A stretch of 64,000 bases of DNA from Lama glama (Eukaryota): positions 86,058,001 through 86,122,000 of the forward strand of contig CM052817.1 of the NCBI GenBank assembly GCA_028534125.1, read 5' to 3'. Made by a program: the position numbers and the translations under genes. The notes below the pieces were generated by a model that was not told where the DNA came from, did no database searches, and saw only the letters and a program-made list of their open reading frames with translations. This document shows positions 38,120 to 52,029 of this stretch, piece after piece (the first letter of the stretch is position 1; the number at the start of each line of letters is the position of its first letter).

Positions 38120-39300
38120 TTATTTTGCATTTTCACTTTGACTAAGGGATCTCTGATAGTAATTGTCATTAATGTCTATTTTTATTCTACTGTATTCAGA
38201 AAACACATTTTAACATATTAAGGTTTTATTTGTGACTTAATATATGACTAAATTTACTAAATGCCCCAAAGAACTTGAAAAGAAAGTATATTTTCATTAT
38301 TGTAGTTTTAGGGTTTCATATATATTTACTATTTAAGTCTTTTAAGGTCTTTTGTAATCTTACTAAGTTTTGTCCACTTGATCAGTTGGATCACTGGATA
38401 TGACAGGTGTATGAATTTTGGCTAGCTACACCAGTTATAATACTTATGATTCATGTTAATTGCCTTCTTTACAGATTATTTTGAAATTTTAAGCTATTGC
38501 TTCCACTTTTTGCATGTTCATTATCTGATACATATTCTCATTCTCTGTCAAAATGTTATTTGGTTTATTTTTACCTCTATAAAATATTAATTTGAAATGG
38601 TGTTGGTTGTATTTTCTGCTCCCCATGGATAAATATGGAGGATTTTTTCAGACCTGTTAATGGTTACTCTTAGAGTAGAGTATGTGCTATCACAGCTTCT
38701 GGCTTTACGGCATGAAGACTCTTTTCAATCTGTTTACCAGAAAAGACTCAAATTATGGCCTCAGTATATAACTACTGTTCCTCAAGTTCTGATCAAGAAC
38801 ATTTGATAGCTTCCAGATGGAATCTCGTTTGAGCCCCTCCTTGTTAGCTATCTGACACTTTTCTATTATTTTCTGTGCTCCTATGTAGACAATGTAATGT
38901 CTGTAGCTGTATTTTCTCATGAGGGTGAAACTCTGGTAAGAAGCATTTGCTGGATGTTTTTGAGATTCGTTATGTCTTATTATCATATTCCTTTTGAAAT
39001 CTTATATCCTACACAGTTTTCTGCATGTATCCACAGTTCAGAGACAATGAGAAATTATCTCAATTTCTTTATTCTTAGATCTATCTCTCTCTGTTTCCTA
39101 AATGGCCACATTCCTCCCCTTTTAGGGGTCTGTAGTTGGTGGCAAGGTTACAATGACTGTAGAGTCAATTGGTATGTATTAGTAAAATTTAATTTACATT
39201 TATTTATAATTTTTTTGGTCTCTTTGGCTTCAATAGAAAGACAGAATCTCAAGGTAGAAAGCCAGCATGAATCTTGTATTAGATTTATAGCTACTCTACT
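38120..39300 (-). mobile_element. Ancient LINE-1 remnant (L1M5-like)
   Basis: T-rich plus strand with ttttatttgtgacttaatatatgac...cttgaaaagaaagtatatttt. Confidence 0.45.
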
Positions 39301-40487
39301 GTACTACTTCCTTAGTGTCAATACCAAAGTAACTATTCCAAAATAGAATAAGAACACTCCAATGGCTTTGGCTCAGTGAGCCCAAGTTTCCATACTTTGA
39401 AAAGTGTTTAAATCTATATCTATCCAGCTATATGTGGTAAAGATGTCAAAAACTGAATTACAGTCATGATTTACTTCCGCTACAACATTTTAATGAATGC
39501 ACACACACGTAACTAAATCCATATATCCTTGAAAATAAGGGAGACACACATTTCACATGCAATGAATTCATAGTATTGGATGACTGACTGGCATCCAAAA
39601 ACAGCATTTGTCTATTATTGAATAATCTAATGGCACTTTGAAAGAGTGACAAAAATTAAATATCAACCCAAGTTGGGGAAATTTCTATGGGTAAATGAAA
39701 AAAGAGAATGATGTTATTCCAAAATTAATTATTGTGGAAGTTACTAAGATTTTAGTCATTTCAGAGTCTGCTGAATGAGAATAAAGGAAACAGATGTCTT
39801 ATAATTATAAGAAAAATAATTTGTAGTTAAACCAAAGAATGTAGTGTAGGTCATTTTATAAGTAGCTGTATAATATGTCAAACTATTTCATAATTGTTTG
39901 TTCTTCTCTGAATCAGACCAGTTGCCAATAGTTTTATTTTGGTAGATAATTATAACCACAGCAAATCACGTTAATTCTGTTTCTTACAATAAAGTACTCT
40001 GGTTTAAAATCAATAGACACACATGACTCTTCTTCACACTAAACCTATGAAGAGACAAGTATAATCTGAGAAACTCATTTTGGCAAGTTTGATTTTATTC
40101 AACCCAGTCATTCAGTGAGCATCTCCAGGATAGAAGCCTATTAATGATCCCTTGAAGGACACAAAAATAGTCGTAATTGGCCACCCATTTCATCAATGCA
40201 AGGGTAGTCAAAGAATAATTTAAACATCTCCAAAATAATTAGAATACAAGACAGTCTTCAAAGCAAAGAACCAAATGAAAAAGGCAATGGAAAGTCATGA
40301 AAGCAAAAGAGCGCAAAAATAAAACATTCTTGCTTTTCTGAACATATATTGCTTTGTTTGTTTTAACAACACACCTACAAACAAAAAAGTAAACTTTACA
40401 AACCATTTCAAAAGAGCTTATTACAGTTTTAGAACTTTATGCTTTGGAAGCATAAGGCTAGAGCTCTAAAACAAATTATTTTCTGAA

Positions 40488-41222
40488 TAGAGATAAAACC
40501 AAGCAGGAACCTATGTGCCTTCCCGAGACAGACCACCCGTCCCCCACCATGTTGTCCAACTGCCTGTTGTCTGTTAAAAACACAAAAACAAAACAAAACA
40601 ATCAAACAAAAAACTTTAGCCAAAGAATAAACTTAACCAGAGAAGTGACAAAATGCAGATGCAAAGGAAAGTACTTAAACATGACTAACTAATAATAGTT
40701 TAGTCATTAAACAAAGCCAAGGACATTTAGTTCCTCCTCAAGGGCTATAGACAATATTTTGAGCCATACTTTTGAGTTGTCTTGCAGATACTGAAACCCC
40801 TACCAGGGGGAAGAAGTTAACTACATGATGACCAGATTGAAGTCCTGACATAAGCTTCTCCACCTTACACAATTCCAAGAACTGGCCTCAAGGAAATGAG
40901 AACAAATGACCCTGGAACTGAAGATTAACTCTATTTGAAACAATCAAGATGATGCCGATCAGACCATCATATGAACAATTCCAAGATGATTGTCGGGGTT
41001 AACTGTGCTGTTTTGCACATAAACCCCTCCCTCCATGTATACACTCCTGACACTCCCCCTTTAACAGCTCTTGCCCCTTGATTGGCAGTGGGGAATAGGC
41101 TTTTGGACATGAGTCCATCATCTCCACAGTCCAACCTCCTGAATAAAGCAACTTTTTCTTTCCAATCAACATTTGTCACTCCAGTATTGGCTTTAAAGCA
41201 GCCAGGCCTAAGTTCAGTAACA
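40488..41222 (+). mobile_element. ERV1-class solo LTR (~735 bp, laurasiatherian type)
   Basis: Ends ...AATAAAgcaac...gttcagtaaCA. Internal motifs ctcaagggctatagacaata and gcagatactgaaacccc. Possible TSD ctgaa at 40483-40487 / 41223-41227; 5' boundary uncertain. Confidence 0.8.
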
Positions 41223-41449
41223 CTGAAAATAAATGCATTTCCACAAAATTATCAAGAACTCGAATCAATTTTCTGGTTACATTAATTTTATAATCTGAAT
41301 AAATATCACTCATTTAAAAATCCTTGTACAAATCATTGTGAACCAATACTGCTCTTAATTAGAAGAGATATTATCAGTGGAAAGGAAAAGATAGCAGAAA
41401 ATGAGATTCTGGCAATAGATAATTGTGTGAGTCGGATTTGAAATGATTA

Positions 41450-42289
41450 AATACCATAGTAATGATAGAAAAGAAAATTTTCTTACAGTTCTGGAGACTG
41501 AGAAGTCTAAAATCAAGGTGCCAGCAAGGAAAGTTTCATTCAAAGTCCTCTTCTCTTGGCGTAGTAGGTGGTCACCACTGCAGTGTCTGCTAATATGAAA
41601 CCTCCTTTGTGTCTGCCAGAGAAAGAGAGAGAGATATCTGGTCTCTCTTCCTCTTCTAATAAAAGCATTAATCCCACCATGGGGCCCTACCCTCATGATC
41701 TCATCTAAACCTAATTACGTTCCCAATGTCCCACTTCTGAATACCATCACATTGAGGGTAGGTCTGGTAATCAACAAGAACAAAGAATTTCATTCATCAT
41801 CCAGTTATACAATGATTAAGTAGCAACCTACTGCAGTCACCCATGGGCCATACATCCTGAGGGGAATTCAGAATATAGAAACATGGGATGAAACATTCTG
41901 TGTTTGGGGTACATGGCCCCTAAGTAGTTAAGATACATATCTAAGGAAGAATTTCAATGACTTTGGATTCTTTCATCTTCTCATATGTAGAAAAACACTG
42001 AAATCATTAACTTGAGATGTCTGTTTTTTATGATTAGCAGTAATCTTTTATCAAGGTGCATGCTTGATTATGTATATTTCCCAGCCCCCAAATTCATATT
42101 TATATTGGCTTCTTCCCTAACTCTTCAGAGCAGTTCCTCAGAGCTATCTGAGAGGCTACCTCCCAGGCTATAGTCCTCAGTAAGGTCCTTGAATAAAAGT
42201 GAAACTCATTGCTGTTACATTGTGCATTTTTTCCAGTCTACAAGCTTCAACATACGAATGGGAGGTGCCCAAACATTCAATCCATAACA
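41450..42289 (-). mobile_element. MLT1A0-like MaLR LTR interrupted by an ERV1 LTR
   Basis: ...ataccatcacattgagggtaggtc (to ~41764) resumes as agcttcaacatacgaat...aaacattcaatccataaca (42243-42289). Confidence 0.85.
41765..42242 (+). mobile_element. ERV1 solo LTR (MER34-related) nested in MLT1A0
   Basis: TG...CA ends, cagttcctcagagctatctgagaggct...tagtcctcagtaag, AATAAA, and a ttgtgcattttttccagtctaca terminus. Confidence 0.8.
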
Positions 42290-42569
42290 GTGGTGAATAA
42301 AAACAATATCAGGTCAATTGTCTACTGATATAGACAATCTGTGAATAAGAAGAAAGAAAAAAGGGGGAAAAAGAAAAGGACTACTTTTTAATATAAATGT
42401 TTAGTTTAGTATGTTTGATCAACATTACTGATACAAAGTAGCTATTTCTGGTGATACATTTAAATAGGATACTATACCTTTAATAGGCTTTGTTAGTACT
42501 TATTCTTTATCAAACAAGATAATATATGGACTTGAATCAATGTCATCTTTCTTCCTTAATTCTGAGTGT

Positions 42570-44700
42570 ACGATTTTAGTTAATGTGCCAGGAGAGGTTG
42601 GGGCACACTCAACGTAATACATGGAATAAGGCCTCCCAAATCTAGAGATAAAGGGGGTATATTTGGCAGAAGTCATTAGTCTGAATTAAAGTTATTGTCC
42701 ATCCCTCCAAAACAAAGTGACCCTATAAGTAGCACAATTTCAGTTGGTCTTATCAAAGAAAAGACACTTGCCGAGTGCATCTACAAAACTGACCTAGACA
42801 GGTACAACCCACATTCACGATTCATCTCCACATCCATGTCCTCCCAAAAGAATGTCCTTGATCTGCCCAAGTTCAGAGTCTGAGTTTTGTGCCCTAGGCA
42901 GAATGGCCATGTCTGCTTCAGTTTGGAATATGCGGTACTGAGGTTACAATAAGTATAGCAGACACCATTGGGTTTCAGCTTAGCTAAACATCAGTCATCC
43001 AGGCCCTGGCACTCAGTGGAAACTCTGTGAGGTAAGAATTTGAAAACAGCCAGAAGCTCTGGCTTTATGTCAGGCACTAGAGTAGGAGATAAATCCCTCC
43101 TCACTGACATGCTACTGTCTCCCTTCAAAGGGATTGTTGTCACTTTCTCACATAAAGCCAAGAAGCTGATGGGGATAGGTTACCCACAATGTCACTAGAT
43201 CACATGTTTTGGGGGCCTTTTCGGTTCTCAGCCATAGTTTTCAACTTGACTCAAAGTTTGAGTCTCCATACTTCTACGGCTGAGGCATAGAGTTTAATAA
43301 AACCTCATTAGCAATCTGTGTGTCGTAACAGGGTGTATCTTGTAGCTCTTTCTAAACCCCAAGTCCAAAGTACCCAAGTTTACCTGCCAATAAGTGGTTC
43401 ATCCCTGTGGATGAATCCTCTCTTTGCAAAAGTTTCCAATCAGCAAAAATTAGCACCACAGAAATTTGTTCTAGTCTCAACACCCATAAGGTCCAACAAA
43501 TTGATTAAAATTCATGCTAAACCCTAACAAAACTACTGGTGGCAAAAAGCAGGTGAGTTTGGTTCATTAAATCACTTATCTATCTCCAGCTTTTGCCCTT
43601 GTCAGAATGATCCCTTTGTCACTTATGAGATGGGAAATTACGGGCATATAACATCCAATATCAATTTTTATCATACATCCATATGTAGAAGCACTAAAAC
43701 AATACAAAGTCACTTAAACTTCTTTTATGTTTCTTCATTGCAAGCTTTGCTCTATCCTATAGGTTAAGTTCAGCATTTCCAAAGTTACATTCAGAGTTCC
43801 CAGGAGATCCTTTTATCTCCTAGATGGGGACTGGAAAGTACTAGTATTTGGGGGACAGGTGTTGGAGACAAATTGTGGAGATAGCTTTAGCATCCTCAGA
43901 GACTATTTTTCCCTCTGCCTACTCACCTGTTCACTTTCCAGTACCTAGGTGATGCCTGGGCCCAAGGGCTCTTTCTATCTACCACTCAGCATGATTTCTA
44001 CACTATCAGGATTTCACCCTACATTCCATGGCTGTCATCCACTTCATCTGCTTTCAAAACCTTTACCCCATAATACCATGAGGTTTCCTCTACTTTCAAA
44101 TGGAGCATCCAAATTTTCTATAGGCCATCCTGTTTTAGAACCAGTGACGTGTCTTGGCTATCTGTTTCTAACAGCACCATAAACTTTTGAATTCCTCCCA
44201 TCCCTGAAGTTCCAGTCTATCAGGATGAAGTCTTACTTGGGTGCAGACTTTGGTCTCACCCCTAATCCTTAAGGCTTCTGAGATCAGGATAGAAGCAAAA
44301 CTAGGAATAAAGGGACACAGAAAATGCCTCCACTCCTGAAAATGAGTTTGGTTTACCAAAGCCCCATTTGGCTCTCAGGACTCTTCAATTTGTTTCCTGC
44401 TACTTGGAGGAAAGAACAAAAAACAAAAGCACTACTCCAGCTTCTTGTTTCAGCCTTATCTTCCGTTATTTGATCTTCAACCACCTTCCCAATTCTTCTT
44501 TATAGGTAACAGAGTGTAGAAAAATGCATTTCCCAATTGATCAAGCAATTTTCAACATATCAACTATCAATTTACATTGACCCATGGGGCACTCATCTTG
44601 TTTTTTTTTTTTGAAGGTAATGTTTATGCAACTATATCTCATCTTTGTCTCCAAAATGGTTAATTACTTACTTACTCACTTAATTAAAGTCTCTATTCTG
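42570..44700 (-). mobile_element. Degraded ERVL/MaLR internal sequence
   Basis: Moderately higher GC stretch with ERVL/MLT-int-like motifs (minus strand gatgagtgccccatgg, gatgctaaagctatctcc). No intact ORF. Confidence 0.5.
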
Positions 44701-45079
44701 ACAGGAAACACAAGGTTTCTGGATCACAGGACAAATCAATTGTTTGCTTACTGGCCATCTTAGTGCCTGTTCCCCATGACCCAATTCTCCATAGGACAAT
44801 GTGATAGAGGTCTGACATCTATGTACATGCAAAGGGACTTGTACCACAGGACAAGAACCTGGAATAGAGGCATGCATAAGATCAGGAATGAGGTACTTAT
44901 TAGAATTTAAGGAGAATAAATTATTTTCAGTTCTAGGTAGGTGAACAGTGATATGGGCATAAGAAAAGGCTTTTTGAAGAAATCTCAGTTTGAAATTATT
45001 TTAGTGAAACATATACTTCTGTTTTCAACATCCATTCTTCTTTCCCCTTGCCTTTATAACATAAAAATGTTGGAAAGAT

Positions 45080-45900
45080 AATCACTCTTCCTCCAAGCAA
45101 CCCATATGGCTCAGAGGTGGCAACCCCGGCCCCAGGGGTAGAGTCAGATAAGCCTATGATAACCATGTAAATGGCATTTTGATAATATTTGGTTAGAGAA
45201 CAAAGGTTTAGTTCAAACACAATGTATGATTTCTTTTAAAGATAGTCTTTAAGAGTTTGCATGTAACCTAACAGACTCAATCAGACTCAAAGGAAAGACT
45301 TCTATTGCATTAGTATGTGAGGCTACTCTCTTTTATATACTGTACATGAAATAAAGAAAAATATAGTATATTTTACTGTCAGTAATCTTATTATGATGAC
45401 AAGATGACCCATCCTTAGCATATAGCTGTCATCGTGGACAGCAGAGAAGAGAGGAAACAAGAGAGTTCTTGATGACACACATTGGTTTACTGCCTTCCAA
45501 TTTATGATAGAAAAAAAATCCTTATTACTTAATCCAGAGTGAATTATATTTGTTATACAAATATAACATACAAAACTTGGTACAAGGAACTGGGGAACTA
45601 AAACATTAAACCTGCTGAGAGGTGGAAGTAGGATGATGAGCCTATGTAAGGACGTTTCATTACACTGCTTTACAGAGCAACACAGTTATGGAATATCCTG
45701 TCAATCTTGCACCTGGAGTTGTGCACTGAAGTGAACATTTTAACTCCTGCTACTGTATTAGGAAAACCATTAATTTTGCTACTATTTAGTATTAGTTAAT
45801 ACTACACAGTTGTCAGAAACATTTCACAAATGGTTGCATTTGAAGACAAATTAAATGTGTTTGAGTAGCAAATTACCAAATAGATATAAAATTATATCTA
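45080..45900 (+). mobile_element. Old MaLR/ERVL LTR followed by start of internal sequence
   Basis: LTR-like end (aaaaatcccttattacttaatcca...tttgttatac) followed by aaacttggtacaaggaactgggg, similar to the MLT-int start. Confidence 0.45.
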
Positions 45901-45905
45901 TTGTT

Positions 45906-46368
45906 ATAGTAGTTTTCTATTGCTGCTGTACCAAATTACGTTCCAAACTTACTGGTTTAAAATAAACCAAGTTTATTACATTATCATCCTGGAAGTAAGA
46001 AGTCCAAAATGAGTCTTAAGGGGCTAACGTCAAGATGTTGGAAAGGCTGGTTCCTTCTGGAGGCTATAGGAGAAAAATCTGTTCTTTCCCTCTTCCAGCT
46101 TCTAGAGACTGCTGCCTTCTTTGACTCCTGGCCACATCACTCTAATCTTTGCTTCTGCTGGCACATTGCTTTCTCTTACACTGACCGTCTTGTCCTCCTT
46201 TTATAAGGTCACTTGTGATTACATTTACAACCTGTCAGGAGAATAATCTCCCCATTTCAAGATCCTTAATCACATCTGCAAAGTCCCTCTTGACATATTA
46301 GGTAATCCTCACAGGTTCTGAGGATTAAGACATGGACAACTTTGGAGGACCATTATTTAGCTACCACA
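45906..46368 (-). mobile_element. MLT1D-like MaLR solo LTR
   Basis: tagttttctattgctgctgtaccaaattac...ggttccttctggaggct...aatcacatctgcaaagtcc...gctaccaca. Confidence 0.85.
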
Positions 46369-48718
46369 ATTATGTTAGGATATTTTATCCATGGCATAGC
46401 TTATTTGTTTATTTCCTAGTGACTTGTGGTGTGAAGGATGTTACATAGTTAAATAAAGCAATACTTAAAGCCTGCTCACTGTACTAGAATGATCACTGCT
46501 GTGTTCTCACTTTGGAATGAACTGTGAGAGTAAAATGACATTTGTATTTACAGATTCATGTCTTCCTAACCCTGCTAATGATTAACGTTGGAATGTATTT
46601 TCAAAACTCATCTTATATCTAAATTTTAAGAAAAAAAATAAAATTATAGTGGTATACTTACAAGCTTTAGTCAGACCAGATATATACTACATTTTTTTAG
46701 TTTCAAATGTATCATAAAAATGGCTAAGAAAATTTAAATGTACAAAATTTTTTGAAGTTTGATATCTACTTTCTGTTCTTTTAAAATCAATACTATTTTA
46801 TTCTTTTAGTGTCTAAAAATATTATTTTAATACCCCATGAACTGGTAAGACAGTTAAGTCTGAAATATCATAGTCAATATGATGGTCTGTCTCTAAATCT
46901 GCTTTCTCTTAATCGATACGCAAACTCAGGAAACATGATTAATATGCATGTTGCAATCCCCATGCCACATGAATGATATTAAGCATATAGTATTCACTAA
47001 ATCAGTTTTGGTGGTCAATTAGAAAATTATCGTAGTTGAGGGAAATGGTTTAGTCTTTTTTCTTCTGGTTGACTGGAGTTGTCCTTGTTGATTCAAATTT
47101 TAAAAGAGATCCCACTTCAGGAAGTGCATTTTTCTATATAATGATTTTAATTTTCATATTATAACACTCTTTCCCTATTAGCTAAAATACTTGCTTGTTT
47201 AAAAACATAGTACATAATTGGAATAGACTTTCTGAGTTACTAATAGATAAGATATATTATTGTCAATATTGTGGCTTCCACTTGTCTTCATTTATACCAC
47301 TTTAATTTCTGCTTAAAATTCATAATGCCATTTCATTCATTCCATTTTAATCAGCAAGTTGTATTATAGATACTTTTCTACCATATGTGATGTTTACAGT
47401 AAAAATCATTTTATTTCCTGATATTTTTGTAGTAAGAAATAGAACAATCTTGGATCCAAATTGGATGTGACGGCATGTTTTTCCCTCCGCAGGCATTAAG
47501 ATGATGTGAATATCACTACATACAGAAAAATTCTGGACCACATAGTAATTCAGTGTTAAGTTTAGTTGCAAATTTTCAAATCTAACAATATAATTATTCT
47601 CCATCCATTCAGTCAGACTGAAATAATTAATTATTCTTTTCCCTCTGGACTTGAGTAAGATCAAACAACATTATTATACACAACCTGCTATTTGTAAATT
47701 CAGTAGTCACAGTTTATTCTCTAAGCATTGTGGATTACCAATTTCAACTTAAAAAGTTATTTTATTATAATTTGCCCCATAGGTAGGCACTTACAGAGAT
47801 GTTACAAAAATAAATAACCTCACTGTCGCCTCTGTTGTGTTATACTTGACTATTTGTTTCTACACGTTATCCTCTGGCTATGACTTTATATCAATTTAGC
47901 CATCAGTCCTATAGGATCTTTCTCTTTCACTGTATTTGGAAACTCAAAAAGTGGCATATTTTGTGCATTGTAATAGTAATTATTGCTTGTTTTTAAACAA
48001 AAAATAAAAATCTAAAAAGAACAACTCAGTTGTCTATATACAGATAGAAAACTACTATATACTGATGGCTGCTGAGTATATTTTAAATATCAGAAGAAAA
48101 GTAACAACTTGAATATTTCTTAAAAGCACTATGAACCTGACAAAGACACTCAGAATTCAAAGAAGGAAATTCTCTGAAGTGCAGATCTTCATTGGTTAGC
48201 TGGGCTTTTTTATCTATCTGTTCAATAGACATGGTCATTAAGTATTGTCCACAAGTTAGTGAATAAAAGTCAGAAAGGAGTGACATAATGGTTTCCAAGA
48301 GCTACTCAAAAGGAACAAAACTGGGAGAAATACCACAAAGTAAAGTTCTGGCAAGAAATAGCATTATATGTCCTAAATATATCACCTTAATTATTTTTAA
48401 TGAAACACTATGGATATATTCTAACATTTATATTTTATAGCAATGGTCATCATATCTGTAAAGAAAGTAAGTTTAACTTTGTTTGAAATCCTCATGAAAG
48501 CAATAATTGTTACATTTTATTATGTGACTAATTACAATAAGTCTGCAAGTGAAATGTTATATTTCAGTCAGTTATCTTGACTCATTGATGTTTAAATGGA
48601 CCATAAATCTTAATATGAGATGTGAGCAAATCTTTAGAGCAATTGATTCTGAGTGAAATAGTTTCAGGCATTTTTTCTTTACATTTTGCAGCATCTGCTT
48701 TTAAAATTTTGGGAATAT

Positions 48719-49084
48719 TTTTATGGACTGAATTGTGATCTTCCCCACCCAAATTTGTATGTTGAAGCCCTAACTCCCAATGGTACTGCATTTGGAGATT
48801 GGATCTTTAGGGAGCTAATTAAGGTTAAATAAGGTCATAGGGTGGGGTCTTAACCTGTACAATTGGTGTCTTTATAAGAAGAGGAAGAGATACCAAATAT
48901 CTTTCTCTCCAAGCATGCACAGAGAAAAGGCCACATGAGGACAGAGTAAGAAGGCAGCCATCTATAGGGCAGACTAAATCACCTGGATTTTGAACTTTTA
49001 GCCTCCAGAACTTTGAGAAATAAATTTATGTTGTTTAAGCCACACAGCAGGTAGCACTTTGTTATGGTCAAGGAGGCTAATACA
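48719..49084 (+). mobile_element. MLT1A0-like MaLR solo LTR
   Basis: tatggactgaattgtg...tatgttgaagccctaactcccaat...gcctccagaactttgagaaataaattt...ctaataca. Confidence 0.85.
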
Positions 49085-49109
49085 GAGTATATACTATTAA
49101 AGATAATAA

Positions 49110-50090
49110 TTATATAAACAGTTTATACAACTTAGTAACAAGAATAACAACAACAAAAAACCCAGTCAAAAAATGGGCAGAAGACCTAAACAAGCAATTC
49201 TCCAATGAAGACATACAAATGGCCAATAGGCACACAAAAAAATGCTCAATATCACTAATTATCAGAGAAATGCAAATTAAAACTATGATGAGATATCATT
49301 TCACACCAGTCAGTCCACAAATGATAACTCGGAAAAGGGTGTGGAGAAAAGGGAACACTCCTACACTGTTGGTGGGAATGTGGTTTGGTGCAGTCATAAC
49401 GGAAAACAGTATGGAGATTCCTCAAAGGACTAAAAATAGATTTACCATATGATCCAGCAATCCCACTCCTGGGCATATACCCAGAGGGAACCTTAATTCA
49501 AAAATATACATGCACCCCAATGTTCATAGCAGCACTATTTACAGTAGTCAAGAAATGGAAACAACATAAGTGTCCATTGACAGATGAGCGGATAAAGAAG
49601 TTGTGGTATATTTATACAATGGAATACTACTTAGCCATAAAAAGAATAAAATAATGCCATTTGCAGCAACATGGATGGACCTGGAGACTGTCATTCTAAA
49701 TGAAGTAAGCCAGAAAGAGAAAGAAAAATATCATATGATATCCCCTATATGTGGAATCTTGGAAAAAAGAAAAAAAGACAAACCTACCTATAAATCAGAA
49801 ACAGAATCACAGACACAGAAATCAAACTTACAATTACCTAGTCAGGGAAGGGTCTGGAAAGGGATAAATTGGGAGTTTGAGATTTGCAGATACCAACTAA
49901 TATATATAAAATAAATAAACAACAAGTTTATACTATATAGCACAGGGAACTACATTAAATATTTTGTAGTAACTTATGGTGAAAAAGACTATGAAAACAA
50001 ATACAGATATGTTCATGTATGACTGAAGCATTATGCTGTACACCAGAAATTGACAAAACATTGTAAACTGACTATACTTCAATAGAAATA
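49110..50090 (+). mobile_element. 5'-truncated camelid-type LINE-1 (ORF2 C-terminus + 3' UTR)
   Basis: [22 protein letters not shown]...; KKNKIMPFAATWMDLETVILNEVSQKEKEKYHMISPICGI; 3' UTR gggagtttgagatttgcagatac...gactatacttcaat. Frameshifted. Confidence 0.92.
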
Positions 50091-50459
50091 TATATTTGAA
50101 AAAGTTTACTGCAAGATCTAGTAGACAAAAGTCTTGCAGTTACACGAATTCAGCTGTAAAGGACTGTAATAATCTTTATTTCTCTGTTATTTACATTATT
50201 GTAGTAAATGCTCCCATTTTCATATCTTAAATTATAAATTAGCCAATTTTAGGTACAGCCAGTTGTTTCAAGTTCTTAATGTGTTCACTTAGCTTGTCTT
50301 AATTCTTCCATAGCTGCCACAGAACTTTTGGAGTGGGAGCAGTCTATAATATAACATTAAGTCAGAGTCCTGTGGTCTAAAGATATTATCCCCAACAATG
50401 GGAAAAAAAATTATCCTATATTTTCCTTTATTACTGCTTTAAGTTTTCACTAGCTTTCT

Positions 50460-50568
50460 GACATGTCAGTGGCTCTAAAACAGGATGGCCTATGGAAAAT
50501 TTGGATTCTCCATTTGGAAGTAGAGGAAACCTCATGGTATAGGGGGTAAAGGTTTTGAAAGCAGACGA
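50460..50568 (-). repeat. Inverted copy of 44044-44153
   Basis: Manual alignment gives 8 substitutions and 1 indel over 110 bp. Confidence 0.92.
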
Positions 50569-51359
50569 CCTTAAAACTCTTTGGTTACATCCCCTTTGCC
50601 ACCATTTCTGTGCAATGCTAGCATGGAAAATCTCTCTCAAAACTTAACATGTACACAGTATTCATATAGATACTGAGGCATGTTTTATTTTCAGTTCCTC
50701 CAAACCGATCTGGAGTTTCTAAATTCAACTATCTCCTCTCAGGACTCAGCTCAGGATAGAGGGAATCAGAACATTTATTTATGTTCTCACTGAGCTTCTA
50801 AACATATCTCTCTTTTTCTAATAATGCTTCTAATCACTCCTCGAAAACAACTTGTTATAGTTTGGGTAATTTGGTTCTTTACTTACAGTATTCCTTATTC
50901 ATAAGAAAATAAACCTTTAAGATCTATTTTTTGAAACTGAACAGCCCAAGTTCTTACATCTCACACAGAACTTTTCCTATCAAGTTAGTTACCTAAATCC
51001 AATTTTCTTTTACTTCAAAATTCAATCAATTTATCTTATTAATAATTTTTTTCCTTTCACTTTGATTTCTCTTTCACCCACTTGCCCTTGGCAGAAGAAA
51101 CAGGAAACATCCTTGACGATGAACGAACAAGACAAAAACTTCAGATAATCATTTTTAACTTTTTGTGTATGGTAGAGGTGTGGATTTGGGTTAAAAATCT
51201 CAGAATTGTACTATGTTTATTTTGTCTATATAATTATAATCATGTGTGAGTTTTTGTTTTGCAGCATACACATATAGTATAATTTGAAGAATGTCTAAAA
51301 TAATTGTATTGGGAGGAATTAGGGCAAGTGTTTACCAAGAAAAGCTATGATTTGACTTT

Positions 51360-51510
51360 AAAAGTGTAATTTATTGAGCATCTATTATGTACAAGGACAA
51401 TTACATAAACTTATGAAATCCTTGCAAGTTAAGCACTGTGATCTACATTTTATAGAAAGGAAAACAATAGCTTAGAGGAGTAAAATGACTTACAGTCATG
51501 CAGATAAGGT
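51360..51510 (-). mobile_element. MIR fragment
   Basis: taatttattgagcatctattatgt...cattttatagaaaggaaaacaatagcttagaggagtaaaatgactt. Confidence 0.6.
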
Positions 51511-52029
51511 TTAAAGACAAAACCATTCTCTTTTCATTCTTTATTTCTTTCAACTCTTCCAATAACCGAAAATATAGTTATTTTACTGTTTTCTGCATGC
51601 TATCTTAATAACTCCTCCTACATATTTTGAGGTAGAAACTGCTTCAAATTTTAAATGCATGTTTATAAAGTTAAAGTTACATCCCTACCATGGACCATTT
51701 ATTAAATGGCAGGACCGTTTGACTGAAAATTTGACTCTTTCCTCTACAGCACAATGGATCCTCTCATCAATTTCATGTAGATTTAAGTCCAAGGAGTAAT
51801 CTCATTGACATATTTGTTTAGTAATTTAGCATTAAAAATAGTCAAAGCCTGGAGAAAATGCATTTTATAAGGCAATTATAAAAATATTATTCATACTAAA
51901 TTTGAAAAATATATATATTTCATACTCTTCAAAAGATGACAAAAAACAAAAGAACTGCTTTTAACTTTGCATGTTCAGGAAAGTTGAATAATACCAAAGA
52001 AATGGAAGAAATTGTGTATAAGCTTATAA

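Noticed and set aside
38897..39346. 149-aa ATG ORF
   Set aside because: Within a degraded L1-like remnant, with no recognisable domain or splice context.
49219..49914. ORFs with recognisable protein similarity (also 23777-23986, 10554-10913, 19307-19618)
   Set aside because: Frameshifted LINE-1 ORF2 C-terminal remnants or their antisense frames, not functional genes.
43949..50640. Two ORFs sharing MRFPLL.NG.SKFSIGHPVLEP, suggesting a small paralogous gene family
   Set aside because: Explained by the 110-bp inverted DNA duplication. An indel shifts the frame and similarity ends at the duplication edges.
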